Origin: Tubiluchus corallicola
Taxonomy: Eukaryota > Animalia > Priapulida
Direction: 5' to 3'
Assembly: GCA_030141605.1 (NCBI GenBank)
Contig: JAQGDQ010000984.1
Span: 1 to 64,000, forward strand
DNA length: 64,000 bases
Shown: positions 25,497 through 64,000 of the stretch, piece by piece
Layout of the letters: each line of letters opens with the position of its first letter
How positions within the stretch are numbered: the first letter of the stretch is position 1
Made by a program: the position numbers and the translations under genes
The notes under the pieces: generated by a model
Seen by the model: only the letters and a program-made list of their open reading frames with translations
Database searches by the model: none
What the model was told of the DNA's origin: nothing

Positions 25497-25775
25497 AACC
25501 CTGTGGATCTGGCACCCCATCCTAGATACGCCTTGAACTTGGTACAGTAAACTCTGCATAGCTGAAAATCGTACAACTCAAATTTTGCGTAACTCAAAGA
25601 ATTTCAGTTGAGCGGATGAAATCCTTCGTTTTTCTCACAAAAAAACTTTGCTTAACTCAAAATATGTAACTCAAAATTTCGCCTAACTCAAATAAAAAAT
25701 TATGGCTCATTTAATCAAAATACTTGTAATTTAATTTGCTCTAAAATGCAATTTATACTCTAGAAAAGCAAAAGT
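25497..25775. mobile_element. Dispersed repeat family D
   Basis: Shared with about 8930-9300 (inverted) and about 32437-32870. Confidence 0.65.
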
Positions 25776-26424
25776 TGACGTGTATACGGTTTACGATACA
25801 AAAACACGCTAACTAAGAGGCTGAGCGATTTCGTTGAACTGCATTGATTAGCAATTAGCATGATTAGCGTGATTTTGTTAAAGGAAGACCGGACGATCAT
25901 TTAGACTCAATCTCATTTTAATTTACTGTCCAAAATATACATTTTACATGTCAAATGTAGACATGCGTTAACTCAAATGTAATTTTGTTAAAAGAAGACC
26001 GGACGATTGTTTAGATAATTAGCAGAAGGCTAACACAGAGTACCCATTTTACTTCAAAATAATATTATATGAGAAAAATTCAATATTGGGAACCCTGGCG
26101 GTTGACCGTCGAACTGGCCTTGTACCTGTCAGTTCAGTTGTGACGTGGTAGACAATTCGAGAGCTAAAGGTTAACACAGTGATAATTTGGAATTTGAATT
26201 AGTAAAACTTAAGATTTGCACAATTTTGCTGTATCACACTGAATGTTATACAGTAGCACTGTACTTCAATTTTCGCTTTCGCAAATGCATACAACACCCT
26301 CGTTGGATGTTTGTGCTGTTGAAAATCATGTTCACTTGTTACGTAATCACTAGCTGGGGCCGTTAATAATTAATAAAGTAAAAATCGGACGATTGTTTAG
26401 ACTCAATCTCATTACTGTCCAAAA

Positions 26425-26898
26425 TATAGGTTTTACATGTCAAATGTAGACCTGCGTTAACTCAAATGTAGATTTAGGTAATTCAAATGTGTCTTGGTAA
26501 CTCAAATGTAGACTTAGGTAGTTCAAATGTGTTAACAATGGTTTTCAAGAAATCTTAAGCATTTTTGGTAAGTCAAATGTAGGCACATGTCAAGTCAAAT
26601 GTCCTATGTCTACATTTGACTTACCTAAGTCACATTTGAGTTACCAAAACACATTCGAGATTCCTATGTCTACATTTGACTTACCTAAGTCACATTTTAG
26701 TTACCAAAACACATTCGAAATTCCTATGTCTACATTTAACTTACCTAAGTCACATTTGAACTTTCCTGTGTCTACATTTGACTTACCTAAGTCACATTTG
26801 AGTTATCAAAACACATTCAAAATTCCTATGTCTACATTTAACTTACCTAAGTCACATTTGAACTTTCCTGGGTCTACATTTGACGTGTAAAACCTATA
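26425..26898. mobile_element. Second copy of the same MITE, with internal tandem expansion, inserted at a TATA site in a Kolobok-like element
   Basis: TIRs present; host element sequence (ccaaaatata...cattttc) resumes after it. Confidence 0.75.
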
Positions 26899-28094
26899 TA
26901 CATTTTCTTGTATATAAAAGTTAACAGTTAAATCTAAATAATTAGCTTGGAAAGTTAATTAACGGCAACCGAACACAGCTATTGCTTACATCAGAAACTA
27001 ACCACAGTTTGTGCAATGGCAGGCGTCTTCTCTTGCGTGTCAAGCTTGTTTGCATAAGTGTTACTGCTTAAATGCATGATGCCACGAAAACTGGGCTCTG
27101 CATCATATTGCGTCAGAAACTAACACTGCAGTTCATGATCATGGTTATCATGGTACCGCCTTCTATTTGTCAGCCACCCGAATGTGACAAAAAGGTACCA
27201 TTGCCAATCTTAGTAGCTTCACTGAGCCGCGCGTAACTTTTAAAGTTAAAATTTGAGTGTCCGAGGTAATTGTTATTTAATCTAAGCTTTGATTTAAAAT
27301 AAGCTATTGTAGTTTTCAATATTTTAGAGCATTCTTTATTCTGAACTCGTGTTTACACAATCATCCGGTTTTCTTTTAATGTGTCTTGTAATGATTTAAT
27401 GAAAGCTATGATAATTTAGAGCCATATTTTTAATTTATATTGATTTTTTAGTTTTTTTGTGGCTCGAAGCTCGTCAGTGATTTCGTATTAATAGAAAAGC
27501 AAGTGAACGTACTTAAATTGAGAAATTTAGCGAGAATAGAACGTAGTTTATGTAAATTGTAAGTTAAGTGAAACGTTGAAGAGCAATAGGGGAGATCTTC
27601 TTAGTCGTCTCTCGCGAGTTTAAACGAAGCAAATTAAACTCGCGACTGCTGTAGCTCGTGATATTTTCGATGATGCAATGATGATGATGATGATGATGAT
27701 AACTCCAAAGGGTATTATTATTGGCTAACGCAACTATTAAGAATTTATGTGAAAAGTTTTCACGAATGTATGCAAAAAAACGCGTTTGAACATGTTGGGG
27801 TTTCTAGTAGTTTTTTTTGCAGAGAGGAAGCCCAGTTGTGTTTGTTTTCTTTATCATAACTTGTTTTTTTCACCAGTCTGTAGTAAATTGCTTAATTGCC
27901 CCGCTTTACCTGTGTAAGTATGATGAACAACGAAAACAAAAAATTGTTTTTTTTATCGTTTTTGGCAAATACCGTACAAAACGCTCGCTTGTTAAATGTA
28001 ATGGCTGTCTAATATGCTGTGGCGACTTGGCAACTAATTATTCCTTTAATATAAGTACTATGGAATACAAGTTAAAATGCTCCAGGCTGGCGTG

Positions 28095-28930
28095 CTGTTA
28101 TTCATTCACTGTTGAATGTAAAGGTGTCTATGGCTTAGCTGTTGGCATTCTAGCTATTCGTTCACTGTTGAATATGAGATTTCCAAGGCTTTGAATTTGG
28201 AATCTAATTATGCATTCACTATTGAATATAAGGTGTCTAAGGCTTAGTTATTGGCATTCTAGCTATTCGTTCTGTTGAATATGAGATGCCTAAGACTTAG
28301 CTGTTGGCATTCTAACTATTCATTCTCTGTTTAATACGAAATGTTCAGGGGTTAGCTGTTGACATTTTAACTATTCATCCACTGTTGAATAAGAGATGTC
28401 CAAGGCTTAGCTGTTGACATTTTAATTATTCCTCCACTGTTGAATAAGAGATGTCCAAGGCTTAGGTGCTGGCATTCTAACTATTCATCCATTGTTGAAT
28501 ACGAGATGTCCAAAGTCTTGCAGTTGGAATCTAATTATTCACTCACTGTTGAATAAGAGATGTCCAAGGCTTAGGTGCTGGCATTCTAACTATTCATCCA
28601 TTGTTGAATACGAGATGTCCAAAGCCTTGCAGTTGCAATCTAATTATTCATTCACTGTTGAATATAAGGTGTCAAAGGCTTACGTGTTGGCATTCTAACT
28701 ATTCATTCACTGTTGAATATGAACTGTCCAAGACTTTGCAGCTGGAATCTAATTATTCATTCACTATTGAATATAAGGTGTCTAAGCCTTGGCATCTACT
28801 TATTCTTTCATTATTGAATGTAAGATGTCTAAGATTTTGCAGTTGGCACCTAATTATTCATTCATTCGCTGGTGAATATGGGAAGTTTGAGGCTCAACTA
28901 TTGGCATTCTGTGTATTCTTTCAATTTTGA
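28095..28930. repeat. Degenerate tandem repeat of about 55 bp
   Basis: Unit ctattcattcactgttgaatataagatgtccaaggcttagctgttggcattctaa. Confidence 0.8.
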
Positions 28931-29609
28931 GTATAAGCCGTGGCTCAGCAGTCAAAATCTAATTTTCTCTTGCATTTTGTTTGTGGAATTTTGTTTCTTT
29001 AGCACTGACACTTGCGTTTGAGGAATGTTATATTACGATAAACTATTTGTGGTTTGTTATTGTTTCAAATAAATTCTTTATCCAAATAAAGTGTTGAATT
29101 TTCCTTTAATCGCTTCAAGAAATGAACGTAAATGGAAGAAAATTTCAAACATCATAATAGACGTGTTTCAAAAGCAGCAGCTTAAGTATTTCTGCTTTTA
29201 AAAATGACTTTATTTCGAACAAAAGACGTCAGGCGTGAATATAAAGCTGTTAGTGAAGTGAAAATGCCCATCACAAATTATCATCAACTGCTGTTAGTAT
29301 TTTTACAAGAGCGCTATACTCCTCAGAACAGGAAAAATAACCATTACAATAAAATCTCTATTTATTTTTCTAACATACTAACCGTAAGCTTTAAACATTT
29401 TTAAAATTTTAGTCAAACTGTCATAATTGTCTTATTAAATGTCTTGTTGAGAGGGTGGCTGACCTCGATAACTTATAGTTCTTTTACCAAACTTTCACCA
29501 CTAATCAATAATTACTTTTGCACTTTGTAATATTATTGTATGTTGTACATATTTATAAATCACTTAGTTATGTATTTTGCTATTTTAAAAATGGTGATTA
29601 ACTAATAAA

Positions 29610-29970
29610 CTTACTCACTTATTTACTTACTTACTTACTAACTAACTTACTAACTAACTAACTGACTTACTTACTTATTTACTTACTTTCACTCACTCAC
29701 TCACTTACTAACTAACTTACTAACTGACTGACTGATTTACTTACTTTCACTCACTCACTCACTCACTTACTAACTATCTTACTTACTTACTAACTAACTA
29801 ACTTACTTTCTTACTAACTTACTTACTAACTAACTGACTGACTGATTTACTTATTTACTTACTTTCACTCACTCACTCACTTTCTAACTTACTTACTTAC
29901 TAACTAACTTACTACCTAACTTACTTACTTACTAACTAACTAACTTACTTACTTACATTAAACTTACTAA
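29610..29970. repeat. (ACTT/ACTA/ACTC)n microsatellite
   Basis: Direct inspection. Confidence 0.9.
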
Positions 29971-30354
29971 GCAAGGCAGGGAGTTTAGTTACCACTATAC
30001 TTGGGCGTATACATTTCAAAAAAAAAATCAAAAACCACGACAAACGATTCATAACGGACACAATTATTATTATAACATCCAGTGAAAAATACACGATATG
30101 ATTTTAATTGTCTAACTACGTTCATTTACATAACAACATTTTAATGATGAAAACAGAAATACGGGCATTTTAACACAATCAAAACATTTTTTGATAACGC
30201 AGGGACAAATTAACATGTACAGGTTTGTCCAAAAAAATCGAAACGATTCGTGTGAAAATAGGGAGTCCCCGCTGTATGTGCAACGGCATTACTAGAAAAC
30301 GTGATTTCACTCCAACAGAGAATCTTCACGGGAAGCGACGCATTAGGAATACTG

Positions 30355-30850
30355 TTTGCAATTGCAAAACGCGACCTTTTTCATTGTGTATGCAATTGCA
30401 AAACCCGACATTTTTCATTGTGTATGCAATTGCAAAACGCGACCTTTTTCATTGTGTATGCAATTGCAAAACGCGACCTTTTTCATTGTGTATGCAATTG
30501 CAAAACCCGGCATTTTTCATTGTGTATGCAATTGCAAAACGCAACCTTTTCATTGTGTATGCAATTGCAAAACGCAACTTTTTTCATTGTGTATGCAATT
30601 GCAAAACGCAACCTTTTTCATTGTGTATGCAATTGCAAAACCCGACTTTTTTCATTGTGTATGCAATTGCAAAACCCGACTTTTTTCATTGTGTATGCAA
30701 TTGCAAAACCCGACATTTTTCATTGTGTATGCAATTGCAAAACGCAACCTTTTTCATTGTGTATGCAATTGCAAAACCCGACTTTTTTCATTGTGTATGC
30801 AATTGCAAAACGCAACCATTTTCATTGTATATGCAATTGCAAAACCTGAT
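30355..30850. repeat. Minisatellite of about 35 bp, about 14 copies, with palindrome TGCAATTGCA
   Basis: Unit tttttcattgtgtatgcaattgcaaaacgcgacct. Confidence 0.9.
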
Positions 30851-33569
30851 TTTTAAATGAGTTCCACACATTTTCAATTCTTTTAGTTTAGTTTAGTTTT
30901 TAAAAAGCGAAATTTCTTGACACGTCTGTTGCACCGTAGAATGAGCTACAAGCAAATACACTCATCGTTTATCTACTTAAAAAAACAGATTCTAGGACAG
31001 TTCTTGCATAAATTAAATGATTTAACAGCAACACAATCAACCAAGGGAGTTATGCTTTAAAGGAAAACAGGATGATTTTGTACCCTATCCCATTCTAAAG
31101 CATGTAACAACTGACAACAAACTGTGTGAGCGACAGTACTTTCTCTACCTAGCAGCAGATGCTAGCAGTGCAGAGTACAGCGTGTTATCTCACACATGGT
31201 CACATGTGCACAACAGCCAAACACACCACTCTGCTGGGTTGTATACTGGACCGTATAAGTATAAAGAAAGAATTAAAGAAAAAAGATTTATTATATTGAA
31301 TATTATCGATAATGTTGAGTGAAAATAGGGGGTGCTGCAGTTCCACAGTAGCTATACACGAGTCGCCACTGGCGTAAAAATGCCAAAATTTGCGATAATT
31401 AAATAATAGGTTAAAAACTAGCGAGCCCAACCGTTGATGACATCACAAACTAACACAATTTTCAACATCAAAGATATTCCACGAGCGTGTTGCACATGTT
31501 TGCTAAAGCGAAAATTTAAGTACAGTGCTACAGTAAGACATTCAGTGTGGGTACATAAAGACTTAGCAAACTTTAAAATTAAAGTTTCTTAAGTTTTCCC
31601 ACTGTGCTTTCGCATGAACTCTTGAACGTGTGCACTACATCACAACTGAACAACTCTGAACTGAGAAGTACAGCTCCAGTTTTTCTGTGCAACACATTAC
31701 CGAGATGCAGTTACTAGTAGTGATTATTACTCTGTGGTAATAATTCTTTCACGTAAGTCATTCTTGAAACAATGGTACGTTTCCTTTCAACATTTCAAAG
31801 AGTAGATTGTTTTGAGTTGCAACTTAAGATTGGGTCCGGTTTTCCTTTAAAGCGATACACATTTACAATAAACACAAATCAGAAACCTTATTTACAAACT
31901 ATATTTCTGCACCAACAGAATTTAAACTAATCATCGGAACTACGTCATAATTACACTTATCCCGACACTACAACAAAAAATATTTACAAAAATTAACAAC
32001 AGATGGAGCTGCGCGAATGAAAACAATGCTATTACTTGGTCACGCAAGACCAGCAACGCTCTCTTGCCTTGCTTGCATAACACAAACCTGCGTTTACAAA
32101 TCGGTAGGTTTAAGACAAATCGCCATGCTGTACAAAAACTAAAGAACTAAAAAACTGACGTTGCCATGGTTACATTCAACAGCTACAACTTCGCTGTACC
32201 AAGAAGATGACTTTCTAGAACCTTGAAATACGAACGACATTATTTTACAATTCATATATATAATATGTATAAACACGTATTAATATTATATGAGGAAAAT
32301 ATATTTGCAAATTTCAGTGCTTTTCTATACAAGAAAAAGTTACGTATTCTTATGTATAATTAAAGATTAACAATCACAAATATCATCAAGGTGCACTAAC
32401 TTGCGGTTATTCAAAAATGGCACTGTGACACCAGTACGTGTGGTGGCATCTACTGTTGAAAATCTAAACCATTACAAGCCGATAACACTTTAAAGAATGC
32501 CACTAAATTAGGCGTCAAAAAACTTGGACAAGAAGCGACATGAATTCATGACAGGCAGATTTATTAATCAAAACAAATAAGTAGATCAGCCCTGTGGATC
32601 TGGCACCCCATCCTAGATACGCCTTGAACTTAGTACAGTAAACTCCGCATAGCTGAAAATCGCGCAACTCAAATTTTTGCGTAACTCAAAGAATTTCATT
32701 GGAACAGATGAAATCCTTCGTTTTTCTCACAAAAAACATCGCTTAACTCAAAATACATAACTCAAAATTTTGCCTAACTCAAATAAAAAATTATGGCCCA
32801 CTTGTAATTTAATTTACTCTAAAATGCAAGTCATACTCTAGAAAAACAAAAGTTTTCTACAACTCAAAAACAGTAACGTCTTCCGGGAAAATTCTGATGT
32901 CTTATAAGCCCCCTCCCCGGATTATTTTCCCCGGGATTGATTTTTCCGTGTTGCGTACGTGTCCTTTTGTAACACAAGAAAATCGTGTTTCACTACATAA
33001 TTTGTTATTCTTTACGTAACTGTCATCAAATCTCATTCTTTAAGTATAGAAGGGTTGACTTTCTACCGTTTGTTTAGCTCGCCGCCTGGTGGAGGGGATT
33101 AGAGTTTCTATGCTGGAAAATGGTCAACATCACGTCCTCTGGAGAAGGGGTTTACAGTTTCTTGGCTACAAAATGGTCAACATCACGCCATCTTGAGGAG
33201 GGGTTTAGAGTTTCTATGCTGGAAAATGGTCAACATTGCCTAACTCAACGTTTTTTCGGTTGCATTGGATTTGAGTCATGCGGAGTTTACTCTACTCAGC
33301 TTATTGCTAAACACAAAGGACAACAACTTGGCATCAAGAAACGTGAACACAAATTATATTGGCATGAAAAAACGCAATTTTTGCAACTAACTCTAAAGAC
33401 AAGACTTGGCTACACATTAGAACTAATAGATCGTAATATTTACATCAACAACAAAAAATCAGTAACAAATGCATAATGGCTGCTGAATAGTAACACAAAA
33501 TTCGCCGAACAAAAGTAAAAAAACTCGTATCTGAAAAGGGCAGGTCGGGCAAAAAGAAGTGCACATCTC

Positions 33570-34290
33570 ACGGAGTCTATGGCGCCGAAACTGGCATCGG
33601 AATCACGAAATTTAGTTGCTAATCGACTCACAGTCTATGGCGCCGAAACTGGCATCCGAATTACGAAATTTAGTTGCTAATCGACTCACAAAGTCTATGG
33701 CGCCAAAACTGACATCGGAATTACGAAATTTAGTTGCTAATCGACTCACAAAGTCTATGGCGCCGAAACTGGCATCCGAATTACGAAATTTAGTTGCTAA
33801 TCGACTCACAAAGTCTATGGCGCCAAAACTGACATCGGAATTACGAAATTTAGTTGCTAATCGACTCACAAAGTCTATGGCGCCGAAACTGGCATCCGAA
33901 TTACGAAATTTAGTTGCTAATCGACTCACAAAGTCTATGGCGCCAAAACTGACATCGGAATTACAAAATTTAGTTGCCAATCGACTCACAAAGTCTATGG
34001 CGCCGAAACTGGCATCGGAATTACGAAATCTGGTTGCTAATCGACTCACGAAGTTTACGGCGCCGAAACTGGCATCGGAATTGTGAAATTTAGTTGCAAA
34101 TCGACTCCCAGAGTCTATGGCGCCGAAACTGGCATCGGAATTGCGAAATTTATTTGCTAATCGACTCACGAGGTCTATGGCACCGGAACTGGCATCGGAA
34201 TTGCGAAATTTATTTGCTAATCGACTCGCGAGGTCTATGGCACCGGAACCAGCATCGGAATTGCGAAATTTAGTTGCTAATCGACTGGCA
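33570..34290. repeat. 60-bp minisatellite, about 12 copies
   Basis: Unit agtctatggcgccgaaactggcatcggaattacgaaatttagttgctaatcgactcacaa. Confidence 0.92.
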
Positions 34291-34615
34291 AAGAAATGTT
34301 CATCTCACGCAAGATGAGCAGCAACATCCTTAACACAGAAAAAGATTAAAAAAAGACTTTTCATCATGGAATGCTGAACTGCCGTCACCGGATCGCCGTA
34401 GTCAGACACCGTTGCCGTTATTGTACCAAGTCGACGACTACCTGTACCAATGTGCCATCGGGTTTTGAGGATTGCCGTTGCTACGATAAGATTATAAGTT
34501 GCCGTCGTCGGATGTGTCGGAATCAAATGCCCGTGAAGAAAATATTTACACTTTACTGAAGGGAGGGCGAGGGTAGAGATGCCGTCGGACCAAGAGGAAA
34601 AATAGCGGGGTTTGC

Positions 34616-62105
<27,490 letters not shown>

Positions 62106-62229
62106 CTAGCGAAAAGATGGCAACTCTCATTCACGAACAAAATTTAGTTAATTTAAAAAACATTAACAATAATCAATACCTCTTAACCCTTTCATACGAA
62201 AATTTTGCTTTATGCGAACATACTGCCTG

Positions 62230-62929
<700 letters not shown>

Positions 62930-63011
62930 TACTTAGTACACAATTAGAACACGATTACTAAGTTTGCTCACTGCTAGGCATTTGTTTATAATTGTCTGTT
63001 TAAAAGTTTAA

Positions 63012-63480
63012 CCCTTTCACACCCGTTGTATCCCGTGGGATACGAGGATATTTTCTGCCTTTAAAACTAATAAAATTTTAAAACTGACAGTTTTTTGAAC
63101 TGTTAATAGTTATTTTGATTTAAGCCAATAACAATAGACTAAAAATGGTGATAAAATGGCAAACTAGAAAATCTACATAGCATAAAAAACAGCGCAAGGT
63201 GCAGTACTTTAGATACGACATTGTACAGATCAGCATAGCATACACACTAAATGTCTTAAATACTTTAAAAAATTAACAGCAGTCGCAAAATGAAGCACAT
63301 TTTTTGCTTTTGTTGTGTTTTTAAAAAAGTCGGACTTTGTTTTTTGCAATGTTGTGTATGTAGGTAGGTAGAATGAAGGTAGAAAATAATTATTATGTGT
63401 AAACAAGATGGACATACTGAACAAAAGTACCAAGCCAAAAAATGTTTTCTTATTAAAAAAATAATTTGGGGCTGAAAGGG
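63012..63480. mobile_element. piggyBac-like MITE, second family, copy b
   Basis: TTAA TSDs and CCCTTTCA TIRs; similar to 51602-52049. Confidence 0.85.
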
Positions 63481-64000
63481 TTAATGATTATTATCAATTT
63501 CTACAACTTTTGCTAATAACTTAGGCACAACAAGGTGACAATTAGTACCTTACTGATTTTTTAATACATCGTAACATAGGTCAAACACTTCGTTCTAATG
63601 CTAATGAACAAATTAGTTGACATCAGCCAAAATGCTTCGTAAGGTGTAGTTCACTCACTACACAGCATCAGGAATGGGGGCTCGCAAAAAGCCAGGTTCA
63701 AACAACTTTCGAGCGAATGTTTTTTTTCTTGTTCACTTGATTCTGGCTGGCGCTGAATTTCTTATAACTTTTTTTAGATAAAATGGTGTTTTTTGTTTCT
63801 TTCAAAGCAACTTTTATTATTTCCAGTGTCAACATGGCTTAAAGAATTTTAATTTTGTAACCAAGGTGGCTCCATCTAGCTGAAAACTTTTAAGTGCGAG
63901 CTTTGACCCAGTTATATTGTTATTATACTGTTCTGTAGTACATGTGTACGATATGTATTGAGCAAACTAGCGAAATTTATCATTAGATATATGCCACGCC

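Noticed and set aside
30355-30850. CRISPR-like 35-bp palindromic repeats
   Set aside because: Head-to-tail with no unique spacers, no cas genes and a eukaryotic context. The same applies to the 60- and 64-bp arrays.

Overview
AT-rich, intron- and repeat-rich animal genomic DNA; the 5S rRNA-like sequence suggests a lophotrochozoan, probably a mollusc (inference). I reconstructed three genes by hand with phase-consistent GT-AG junctions. ATAD3 is on the minus strand (5 exons, 16036..3643, 616 aa). A FEM1A/C-like gene is on the plus strand (2 exons, 16314..25386, 633 aa) and lies head-to-head with ATAD3, with only 277 bp between the ATGs. The 3' part of a NEDD4/NEDD4L-type WW-HECT E3 ligase is on the minus strand (16 exons, 62105..34616; the C2 exons lie beyond the window). 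Introns contain many MITEs (hAT-, piggyBac-, Kolobok- and Tc1/mariner-like), LINE and transposase remnants, SINEs and minisatellites. The main unusual pattern is that several intronic tandem arrays are amplified copies of the adjacent splice junction, and the frame-preserving site is always the exon-proximal copy. Examples are 20 copies of the FEM1 exon 2 acceptor, about 74 copies of a NEDD4 donor, a decayed array of about 10 copies of another donor, an in-frame duplicated acceptor and two further acceptor-side arrays. A second notable element is a 5S rRNA-headed, RTE-like SINE in a NEDD4 intron. Most long ORFs in the supplied track are artefacts of tandem repeats.
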